41,005 nt of DNA, taken from Fibrobacteria bacterium (GTDB lineage Bacteria > Fibrobacterota > Fibrobacteria > UBA11236). Position 1 is the first letter of the stretch; each line of letters starts with the position of its first letter. The translations under genes and the position numbers were made by a program. Location: contig JBGTHM010000062.1 in the NCBI GenBank assembly GCA_041746255.1, forward strand, positions 1-41,005. Reading direction: 5' to 3'. The notes beneath the pieces are model-generated. The model ran no database searches, was not told the DNA's origin, and saw only the letters and a program-made list of their open reading frames with translations. Shown here piece by piece: positions 29,088 to 37,285 of this stretch.

Positions 29088-29930
29088 ATGGAAAACGCAT
29101 TTCTATATCTCTTGACAGTCTTAGCGGCGATCGGCATAGTGCTGAGCGTTGTTATTTTAATTAAACTTAAAAACGTAGCCTATCTTCTGGAGCAGCCCGT
29201 GGTGAAGAAAATGTCGCCGCAACTGCGTCTGAAGCCGGTACGCATCGATGACGGAGAAGGTGACCCCAGTCGCCGGAATGCCCGCCAGGGCGCTCCCGCT
29301 AGAGGCCGTGGTCAGGACCGAAACGAAGCTCCGGCTGGAGGCCGCGACTCCGCTCCCCGTGAACGCCAGGGACGGCCGGACCGTGAGAAAGCCGAGGGGG
29401 GCGAAAGACCCCCACGTGCCGATCGCGACCGTAACCGCGACCGAGACCGCGACCGTAGTTCGCGTGGCGACCATCGTAACCGCACCAGTCGTCAGGAAGT
29501 CCATAGCAACGGCCGCGATGCCGCTGCGCCATCAGGACGAGAGGCTGCTGCAATCGATCAAGACACGGGACGCGAGCGGGTCCGCGAAAGCGTTCGCGAC
29601 CAGGTTCGTGAGCATGTTCGGGAAAGTGGACAAACCCTCGTTTCGGCTCCTTTCGAACAGCCGGCGCTTGTCGAACATAACAGCAACGACAATATTCCCC
29701 CGGCCGGACTGGCCCCCCGACGGCGCCTGCCTTCGTCGGTACATGAGGATGAACAATCCCATTCGGCGGAGGCCAAACCGGCAGCCGAGGAAAATCATGC
29801 TCACCTGTTCGTTGGCGCGGATGACGGAGAAATCCAACATGGCCGCCGCAATCAGTTGAAGAAGAAGCCCCGCTTCGATTTGGATACCCCCGAGGCAGCC
29901 GAGAAGACGCGAGAAGAGACCAAAGCCTAA
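29088..29930 (+). CDS. Membrane-anchored Arg/Asp-rich low-complexity hypothetical protein
   Basis: N-terminal TM segment (FLYLLTVLAAIGIVLSVVILI), DRDRNRDRDRDR run, strong terminator downstream. Confidence 0.75.
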   Translation: MENAFLYLLTVLAAIGIVLSVVILIKLKNVAYLLEQPVVKKMSPQLRLKPVRIDDGEGDPSRRNARQGAPARGRGQDRNEAPAGGRDSAPRERQGRPDREKAEGGERPPRADRDRNRDRDRDRSSRGDHRNRTSRQEVHSNGRDAAAPSGREAAAIDQDTGRERVRESVRDQVREHVRESGQTLVSAPFEQPALVEHNSNDNIPPAGLAPRRRLPSSVHEDEQSHSAEAKPAAEENHAHLFVGADDGEIQHGRRNQLKKKPRFDLDTPEAAEKTREETKA

Positions 29931-29951
29931 CCACGGTTGTTCTATAATTAC

Positions 29952-29988
29952 GAAAAAGCCGCAGGGAGTAATCCTTGCGGCTTTTTTC
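29952..29988. terminator. Bidirectional intrinsic terminator
   Basis: GAAAAAGCCGCAGGGA-gtaa-TCCTTGCGGCTTTTTTC between convergent genes. Confidence 0.85.
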
Positions 29989-30014
29989 ATATGTAGGCCA
30001 TAAGAACGGCGCGG

Positions 30015-31358
30015 TTATTCGAATGCGGCGGACCAGCGCAGGGATAGGTGAAACCCCCAATGCGAAAACTGTGGAGAGGTTCCCATAACCGCGAACGGGA
30101 GGCCCGCCTCCAAAGCGAGGCGATTGGCCAAATAGAAGGCCAGGCCGATTTCGGGAATCACGATTTGGCTTTCGCTGTTCTCCAAGGGTTGATTGTCATA
30201 TTCGTCCTTCAGAAAGTATTTCCCTTGAGCGGCCAGATAGGGAAGAACGTTACCCAGCAAATAGCCGGCGCGCAGGTAAGCGTGCAATTCCTCTCCGGGA
30301 TTGAATTTCCGGTCGAGGTTGTCGCGGAGATGGAATGCCAGGCCAGCCTCTGCCTGACCCACAATCTTGCCTTTGGATTGCACGGTGTTCAGATTAAAAT
30401 GAACCACGTCGTGGCCAAGGCTTTCCCTGCCCGCTTTTTGATTCAGGCTGAAACTATACGCGGCTCCAAAGCCGATATTGAACGGGCGGTAGGTGTAACG
30501 CAGGCCGAAATTCAAATCGCTGGGGAGTGGGGCGGCATTATCCTTCTGGTCATAGCTTTTAAAGGGCAAAACCAGTTTGGCTTGTAAATCATAGGGAAGC
30601 GCCAACATCAAATGCACGGGGTAATTCCACTGCACACGTTCATCGTCCAAGCCAAAGGCGATGTACTTCCCCGTGGAATCGTAAACTCCGGAAATTTTGA
30701 TACGGCGAATTCCCAATTCCACGGCCAGGTTCCACGGAGGCAACCCCAGTGGCTCTGAAAGCAAGGCCTTGTCGCGATAATCCAGTTGTTTCCGGAGTTC
30801 CAGGCTATCGCCCTTTTGGACCTCCAGAACCGATCGAAGGGGTTGGAATTCATTTTTCGCTGAGGTCAAGAGTAGGGCATAGCGGCCCGGGAGCAGTAAA
30901 TGATGTTCGTAAGGCGTAACACCGATGCGGATTCCATCCAGATGTATTTCCGCACTATCGGGGTCGCTGGCTATGCGCATTGAGGCGTGACGCTTGGCGA
31001 ATTCACGACTGAGACGGGTATGCTGACCTGCGCGAAGCTCGATTCCGGGAGCCGAAAGGCTATCCTGACCGTTCAGGATCAAGAGGAAATCGTATTGGCC
31101 TGCTTCCATCATCCAGTCTTTGACGGGGGTATCTCCCAGGTATTGGGACGGGGGATGTCCGGAAATCGCATACCAGACCTCGGCGCCTGCAGGCGTGGTT
31201 TCTACCGAGAGTCGGGCCTGATTACGATTCTGGGCATGAGCCTGGACAGTGAACAGTGACAGGTAGAAAAGCACCGCGAAACCCAGGGTTAGGCGGTAGT
31301 TGACCGTTTGAGCGAGGAAATGCGGTGCGTGGTGAATCAATGAGCTATGCATGGGCAT
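30015..31358 (-). CDS. Exported protein with two PEGA domains and a C-terminal beta-barrel-like domain
   Basis: Signal peptide ending AHA-Q. PEGA-like VETTPAGAEV..LGDTP and ASDPDSAEIHLDG..IGVTP. Amphipathic strands ending FHLSLRW. Start uncertain (31358 or 31352). Confidence 0.75.
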   Translation of the reverse strand: MPMHSSLIHHAPHFLAQTVNYRLTLGFAVLFYLSLFTVQAHAQNRNQARLSVETTPAGAEVWYAISGHPPSQYLGDTPVKDWMMEAGQYDFLLILNGQDSLSAPGIELRAGQHTRLSREFAKRHASMRIASDPDSAEIHLDGIRIGVTPYEHHLLLPGRYALLLTSAKNEFQPLRSVLEVQKGDSLELRKQLDYRDKALLSEPLGLPPWNLAVELGIRRIKISGVYDSTGKYIAFGLDDERVQWNYPVHLMLALPYDLQAKLVLPFKSYDQKDNAAPLPSDLNFGLRYTYRPFNIGFGAAYSFSLNQKAGRESLGHDVVHFNLNTVQSKGKIVGQAEAGLAFHLRDNLDRKFNPGEELHAYLRAGYLLGNVLPYLAAQGKYFLKDEYDNQPLENSESQIVIPEIGLAFYLANRLALEAGLPFAVMGTSPQFSHWGFHLSLRWSAAFE

Positions 31359-31482
31359 CCAATATAAGATTTTACCGGTTTTTCGGATGCGGCCGGAAAT
31401 GTTTCCAATCGGGACTAGGCTATGTAGATTTTCACCCAACGATTTCCGCGATCCAATTACGCACGGCAAAGGAAAAAACGGC

Positions 31483-32817
31483 ATGGGCGACAAGGTGATT
31501 TGGTCAGAGGGCATGGTATTGTCGCCGCAACACTTGCAACAGGCGGAAATGCTTTCCGAATCCCAACTCCGCTTCCATGCTACCTCGCTTAATGCTTTCC
31601 ATTTCGGACTCAGCTCCCTGGATTTGGACACCCAGGCCCTGGAAAATGGATTTTTCGCATTGAAACAATGTTCGGGGGTTTTCCCGGATGGAACCTGCTT
31701 CGACTCGCCGGGTCAGGATCCGGGCTTACAGCAACGGGCTTTCGAAGAGATGTTTCCGGCCGAAAAGGAAAGGCTGGGAGTGCATGTCGCGGTACCGGCA
31801 TTGCAGCAGGGAGAGAAAAATCTTGCCTCGCTGGGCGGAGGGCGGCCAGCCCGTTTCGATGGCCAGGGGCGTTCGGTTGGCGATATCTATGCCGACAACC
31901 AAAGTCGGGATATTCTTTTCGGTCGCATGAATTTACGCATCCTGTTTGATGGCGAATCTCTCGAAGGCTATCAGTCCCTTAAGATCGCCGAGTTGTCGCG
32001 CGATGGCCGCGGCCAGGCCATTCCCGATCCCGATTTCATTCCCGCGTGCATTCGCGTGGGCGCCTCGTCTTCGTTGTTGGCGAAACTGAAAAAGCTTCTG
32101 GACACCTGTTCCCAGAAAAATTCCTACCTGCTGGGTCAAAGGGCGCAAAAGGCCTCCGGGGCGGCTCAGTTCAATGCCGAAACCCTTACGCAATATCTGA
32201 TGATTTCCGCCATCGGCCGCCACACGCCCCCCTTGGTCCATTTTCATCAACACGCACACGTCCATCCTGAGAGGCTTTTTTCCCACCTATTGGCTTTCGC
32301 CGGCGACTTGCTCACTTTCGGTTCCGAGTCGCGTCCCACCGACCTGCCGCGCTATGTGCATGGCGATTTACGCCCCAGTTTCATCCCGCTATTCAAGTTG
32401 CTCGACGATTTGCTGGGCTTGGCGGTACCTACCGGTTACCGTATTTTCCCGCTTATCAAAACCAGTCCCATCCAATACGTGGCCAATATGAAGGATGCCG
32501 ACGTCGCTGCGTTGGCCCAGGTGTATCTGGCGGTCTCGGCCCAGGCTTCCGAGGTGGAGATCATCACCTCCGTGCAACGAAAAGCCAAGGTGGGGCCGGT
32601 ATCCAGGCTGGAAACCATCGTGAGTTCGGCCATGCCCGGTATCGGGCTCGTACCCGAATCGCAGCCTCCCCAGGAAGTTCCGGCCAAGGCGGGGTATAAA
32701 TATTTTCGCGTTCAGCAAACGGGCGAGTTGTGGGAGTTGGTTAAGCAGAGCAAGGCTTTGGCCGTGCATATGCCTTCGGATTTACCCGCCTTGAAATTGG
32801 AATTGGTAACGGTTTAG
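31483..32817 (+). CDS. tssK: T6SS baseplate subunit TssK
   Basis: VIWSEGMVLSPQHLQQ, GVFPDGT, HPERLF, YVHGDL and SAMPGIGL...PAKAG.KYF. AAGGA SD. Confidence 0.93.
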   Translation: MGDKVIWSEGMVLSPQHLQQAEMLSESQLRFHATSLNAFHFGLSSLDLDTQALENGFFALKQCSGVFPDGTCFDSPGQDPGLQQRAFEEMFPAEKERLGVHVAVPALQQGEKNLASLGGGRPARFDGQGRSVGDIYADNQSRDILFGRMNLRILFDGESLEGYQSLKIAELSRDGRGQAIPDPDFIPACIRVGASSSLLAKLKKLLDTCSQKNSYLLGQRAQKASGAAQFNAETLTQYLMISAIGRHTPPLVHFHQHAHVHPERLFSHLLAFAGDLLTFGSESRPTDLPRYVHGDLRPSFIPLFKLLDDLLGLAVPTGYRIFPLIKTSPIQYVANMKDADVAALAQVYLAVSAQASEVEIITSVQRKAKVGPVSRLETIVSSAMPGIGLVPESQPPQEVPAKAGYKYFRVQQTGELWELVKQSKALAVHMPSDLPALKLELVTV

Positions 32818-32821
32818 CTCG

Positions 32822-33652
32822 ATGTTGAAACCCGGAGATCGAAGATTTGTTCCCAAGCCCGGCGGCGGAGGCGATGCGGCCTGGGTAACCGGCGCGGTAC
32901 AAACCCTTTTCGGCCAGCAGGGGGCCGGCGCCGGCCAAACCCTGTTCGGAACCGCTCCCGCCAAGGGTCAGGATGGGCCTGATTTAGCCACTTTGGTGAC
33001 GGACCTTTTTCTCATCGGAATAAAAATCGCGGAAACCGAGCACCATGGCTCGCCGGAAAGTCTGCAAAGGCTCATCATCGCTTATATCAAGGAATTCGAG
33101 AGAGCTTGCATCACCTCGGGAAAACCGCCCGACTTGGTGGAACATTCCAAGTATGCCATTTGCGCCTATATGGACGAGGCCGTCATCACGCATTCGGCCG
33201 CTTGCCGGGAGTTCTGGCTGGCGGAGCCTTTGCAAATCAAGGTTTGCAACGACCATAACGCGGGCGAAAATTTTTTCCTGCGCTTGGAGCAATTGTTGAA
33301 GGATATCCGCCGTAATTGCGAGGCCCTGGACGTTTATTACCTCGCGCTGGCGCTGGGGTTCCATGGCCGTTACCGGTTGCAGGGAGCGGAAAAACTTCCC
33401 ATCATCATCTCCAATCTGCTTTTGAAAATCGAAAGTGTGCGGGGAACGCCTGCCAAGGCCCTGGCCCCATCGGCCAATGTTCATCCCGGCAAGGCCGTGG
33501 CCGAACGCACCGGCCGCTTATTCATTTTCGCCTCGGGAGGCCTGCTGCTGCTGGCTGCCCTGGGTTACTTCTCCTTTCTCCTGATGGCCGGCTCGCCGAT
33601 TGAAGCGGCGCGCCAAGATGCCAAAGGCGTCATGGAAACCCGGGATCGCTGA
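32822..33652 (+). CDS. tssL: T6SS membrane-complex protein TssL (DotU family), without an OmpA extension
   Basis: KYAICAYMDEAV, W..EPLQ, AGENFF, VYYLALALGFHGRY and a C-terminal TM helix. Confidence 0.93.
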   Translation: MLKPGDRRFVPKPGGGGDAAWVTGAVQTLFGQQGAGAGQTLFGTAPAKGQDGPDLATLVTDLFLIGIKIAETEHHGSPESLQRLIIAYIKEFERACITSGKPPDLVEHSKYAICAYMDEAVITHSAACREFWLAEPLQIKVCNDHNAGENFFLRLEQLLKDIRRNCEALDVYYLALALGFHGRYRLQGAEKLPIIISNLLLKIESVRGTPAKALAPSANVHPGKAVAERTGRLFIFASGGLLLLAALGYFSFLLMAGSPIEAARQDAKGVMETRDR

Positions 33653-33657
33653 TAGCC

Positions 33658-36600
33658 ATGGGTAAACTTTTCCGGTCTCCTTCCTTCTGGATAACCTTCA
33701 TCGGAATCAGCTTGGCGCTGGGATTGTTTTTCCTTTATCCCGTTTTCGGCCGCAAGGACTGGACGGGACGGATTCTCGTCACTTTGCTGCCGTTGTTGTT
33801 GACCGGCGTGGCGGTATTGGCCATGCGCCTGGTCAGTTTGCAAAAGGCCATGAAACGCAGGGGTTTCGAGGACCAGCCCAAAGATGTAAGGGCAATGGGT
33901 GAGCGAAATGCCTTATGGCAGGTTCCCTTGCGGAAGTTCACTGACTCGGCATTGGAAATGTTGCGTCAAGGCGGCCGCGGCGGTAAGCTGGGAGGCAAGG
34001 CCCTCGATGTCCATTGCTTCTATTTGGTGATGGGTCGTGACGGCTCAGGCAAACATACCCTGTTGACCCAGTCGGGGCTGCACTTCCCCCGTATCTATCC
34101 CGACGAAACGGAATTGTCGCGGCAAACGCAGAAATTCCCGCGCTGGTATATGAGCCAGCAGGGCGTTTTTTTGGCGACGCCGGGACGGTATATTTCCGAC
34201 CCTGGAGCCGTGGACGAGGTGCGCGATTTCGCCGCGCAATTGGCCAAGTCCGGAAAATCCAAAGCGGTCGATGGTGTATTACTTACGGTAAGCCTGCGCG
34301 AAATGCTGGGGTCCGAATCGCAAACGGCACTGCTGGCGCAACAGATGCGCGAAACACTGGCGCAATTCATGGCGCAAGTCCACCTGGACCTACCGGTGTA
34401 TGTGGTTTTTACGCATGCCGACATCATACCCGGCTTTCCCACCTTCTTCGACAATTTACGCGATCTGGAGGCGCAGCAGGTCTTTGGCGCGACCCTGGCC
34501 CTAAGCGGCCAACTCGGCGCGCCGCGCGCGCGTTTTGAAAGGGAATATCGCAAACTTTGGGAGTCGGTGAAAACCCGCATCATGACCCGCTTGGCTCAGG
34601 CATCGCGGGAGAGCGATAAACGTGAGATTTTTCTTTTCCCCAATGAATTGGGAGCGGCCCAAGAAAAACTGGCGCTTTTCATTGAGCATTTGTTCAAAAG
34701 CGACTCGCGACGCGAGTCATTGCTGTTCCGGGGATTTTTCTTCACGGGAAATGTGCAAAGGCCGGGGCGGGAAAAAACGGCAGCGCCGGCGGTTTCCGGT
34801 TCGGAAACCATGTTCGCCCACCCATTAAGTCCAAGAGCGTCCAAGCAAACCCCTGTTTTTCAGGAAACCCCGGTTTCCGATGGGCTCAGGCCCTTGTTTA
34901 CCGGACTGCTTTTCGGAGGAGTGCTGCGCACCGACGGCTCCCTAAGCCGAAGGACGCAGTTTCGGCAAGGCAGTCTTTCGCGCCGCGCCCTGGTGGTTTC
35001 TTTGGTAAGTCTTTTCCTGGCCGCGCTTATTTCGGTTTACGCCTTGAGCGGATTCATGAAGGTACGCAATTTGACCAGTGAGGCGGCGGAGACTATTTCG
35101 CGGGCCGCCGCCGCAAGCTTTTCCGATGCCTACGCCTTGGGAAACGACTTGACCGCCCTGGATGATTTACTCTTGACGATTAACCGGCTCAAGGAAGCGG
35201 ATAAGGGATTGGGATCGTGGTCCATTCCCCCCGGTTTCTATGACGGAGAGGCATTGGACCTGGCGCTGGCGGTACATACCGCACAGGCGGATAGACTGGC
35301 TCGCGAGGCCTCTATTCGCCACATCGAGGCTACTTTGCAAATGGGCGCAGCCTACTATACTCCCTCCGATCGGCAGCGTCTTTATCAATATTTACGGCTT
35401 TATCTCATTTTAACTGGTGAGAACAAAGACGATCATAAAAAAATGCAGGCCGGCGACGTGGCGAATGATTTGGCCGGCCTCTGGTCGGAAGGGTTACTCG
35501 CACGTTTCGGACCGGAAAATGTTTCGCCGCGTTTCCTGGAAAGGCTACCGGAACATGCCTTCCTTTACTCAGAGGGTTTTCTCAAGGCGAATCGGGTTTG
35601 GAAGCGGCCAAATGAAGGTTTGATTGCCCAAGTCCGCAAGGCCCTGTTAGGCAGCCCCAGTATTGACGGCCTTTATGGTTCCATCCTCTCCTCCATCCCT
35701 TCGGATAAAGATATCGGCCTTACCGAAATGGGAGTCGCGGGTGACGGGATCTTGCGCGGGGAAGCGCGCCTATCCGGCTTTTATACCAAAGCCGTGCATT
35801 CCGATTTGGCGCTGGATGCCATCCGGGAAGGCGCCGAAGAACCGAATCGGAAAGACTGGGTCTTGGGCGAAGCTTTGGCGCTCCCTCCAAATATGGGCGA
35901 TGTCGACGCTTTACACGACGCGCTTTTACAGCGTTATTATGAAGGTTATGCTCGTGCTTGGACCGATTTCATGCAGAGCTTGAGAGTGGATATACCTCCC
36001 GAACCGGGTCAGGCCTCCGGTAAACTCATCGCTTATGCGTCGCAAAGTCAGGGACTTCCCGCTGTATTGCAGCGCATGCGGCAAGAAACCGATCTCGTCA
36101 AGGCTGCGGGTATGGCCGAAGAACTGTTGGCGGAAAAATTGAATAAGAGAAAAAGCACCCGCTTGGCCTTGGGAGCCTGGGAGAGCCGGACCGATCCCAA
36201 GGAAATCCTCAAACAGAAATTCGCTTATCTGGATAAGCTTTTGGGTGGATCTTCGGGCGGAGGGATTCTGCAAGGCTATCTCCAGGCGTTGCAGGCCTTG
36301 GGTGAAGCCTTGGGACAAATGTCTCTGGCCGACGATGGCGGGGCGTCGGCCCTGACTTTTACCCAGGATGTTTTCGCCGGAAAAGTACCGCATCCTCTGG
36401 GCGATGCTTTTCGTGAAGCCAAGTCGGCATTGCAGCAAGCGCCTGATGAGTCCCGGGCTTGGCTGCAACCCCTGTTGGAAAGGCCGGTGCAACAAGTGGG
36501 GTTCATGATCATGCGCCGTGCGGAGAATCATCTGGAAACCCGTTACCGCGATAACGTGCTGTCTTTTTGCCGCGACCGGTTGCATGGGCGTTACCCTTTC

Positions 36601-37272
36601 GACCGCAAGACCACCGAGGATGCGGCTTGGGACGATGTAACCGCCTTCTTCGCGCCAGAGGATGGGAAGCTGGCGCAATTCCTGAAAAAGGACTTGGGGG
36701 CCCTGGCGCGTATGGAAGACGGGCGCTTGCAAGTGAGGCATTGGAACGGCATGAAACCGCCGCTCACCTCCGCCGCCATGAATATGCTGGAGGGAGGTTC
36801 CCGTTTATCCGCCCGGTTATTCCGGGAAAATTCCACCAAGCCCCGGGTGTATTTCACCACCGTGGTTCTATGGGAAACCCGTAACTCCCAGAACATCGAC
36901 TTCGCCATGGGGCAGGAGCGGCTCTCTGTGAAACCCGGAGAAGATAAGGTACGCAATCGCGTTAAATGGCCCTCGGACGATCCCTATGGAGGGGCGGAAA
37001 TCCGTATCGATTTTATCGGCGGCGGTTCCGATACCAAACGCTTCGATGGACCATGGGGCATGCTTCGCCTTTTGGAGGCTTCACGCGCCATTAATGCCCG
37101 GCCGGGCGGCTTTACGGCGAAATGGCGGTTTCGCGTCTCCCAAAAATATGATTTGGATGTGCGGCTCGACGGGGAGACCCAGGATAATCCGCATCCCCTC
37201 ACCCACGCTGATTTTTTCCGTTTCGACTGTGCTACGGAATTGTTGCAAAAAGAAAGTCGGCCTTCGGGCTGA
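33658..37272 (+). CDS. tssM: T6SS membrane-complex protein TssM (IcmF family)
   Basis: Two N-terminal TM helices, P-loop-like GRDGSGKH, LPVYVVFTHAD..PGF, FRGFFFT, a third TM, GRYPF and GPWG.LRLL. Confidence 0.93.
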   Translation: MGKLFRSPSFWITFIGISLALGLFFLYPVFGRKDWTGRILVTLLPLLLTGVAVLAMRLVSLQKAMKRRGFEDQPKDVRAMGERNALWQVPLRKFTDSALEMLRQGGRGGKLGGKALDVHCFYLVMGRDGSGKHTLLTQSGLHFPRIYPDETELSRQTQKFPRWYMSQQGVFLATPGRYISDPGAVDEVRDFAAQLAKSGKSKAVDGVLLTVSLREMLGSESQTALLAQQMRETLAQFMAQVHLDLPVYVVFTHADIIPGFPTFFDNLRDLEAQQVFGATLALSGQLGAPRARFEREYRKLWESVKTRIMTRLAQASRESDKREIFLFPNELGAAQEKLALFIEHLFKSDSRRESLLFRGFFFTGNVQRPGREKTAAPAVSGSETMFAHPLSPRASKQTPVFQETPVSDGLRPLFTGLLFGGVLRTDGSLSRRTQFRQGSLSRRALVVSLVSLFLAALISVYALSGFMKVRNLTSEAAETISRAAAASFSDAYALGNDLTALDDLLLTINRLKEADKGLGSWSIPPGFYDGEALDLALAVHTAQADRLAREASIRHIEATLQMGAAYYTPSDRQRLYQYLRLYLILTGENKDDHKKMQAGDVANDLAGLWSEGLLARFGPENVSPRFLERLPEHAFLYSEGFLKANRVWKRPNEGLIAQVRKALLGSPSIDGLYGSILSSIPSDKDIGLTEMGVAGDGILRGEARLSGFYTKAVHSDLALDAIREGAEEPNRKDWVLGEALALPPNMGDVDALHDALLQRYYEGYARAWTDFMQSLRVDIPPEPGQASGKLIAYASQSQGLPAVLQRMRQETDLVKAAGMAEELLAEKLNKRKSTRLALGAWESRTDPKEILKQKFAYLDKLLGGSSGGGILQGYLQALQALGEALGQMSLADDGGASALTFTQDVFAGKVPHPLGDAFREAKSALQQAPDESRAWLQPLLERPVQQVGFMIMRRAENHLETRYRDNVLSFCRDRLHGRYPFDRKTTEDAAWDDVTAFFAPEDGKLAQFLKKDLGALARMEDGRLQVRHWNGMKPPLTSAAMNMLEGGSRLSARLFRENSTKPRVYFTTVVLWETRNSQNIDFAMGQERLSVKPGEDKVRNRVKWPSDDPYGGAEIRIDFIGGGSDTKRFDGPWGMLRLLEASRAINARPGGFTAKWRFRVSQKYDLDVRLDGETQDNPHPLTHADFFRFDCATELLQKESRPSG

Positions 37273-37285
37273 TGGGAGTGTTTCC

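Noticed and set aside
28873..29115. 80-aa ORF overlapping the small membrane gene by GTGA
   Set aside because: It has no recognisable features, overlaps the next gene's start and spans a TATAAT likely to be that gene's promoter. It cannot be fully excluded.
29421..29456. GACCGC/GACCGT hexamer repeats
   Set aside because: They simply encode the Asp-Arg run and are degenerate at synonymous positions.
29930..31483. Genomic-island boundary at the left of the T6SS
   Set aside because: No tRNA, integrase, att-like direct repeat or obvious compositional shift was seen by eye.
31351..31631. Apparent long overlap of the tssK and PEGA ORFs in the ORF track
   Set aside because: It is an artefact of longest-ORF starts. 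The likely starts (31483 + and ~31358 -) leave a normal divergent intergenic gap.
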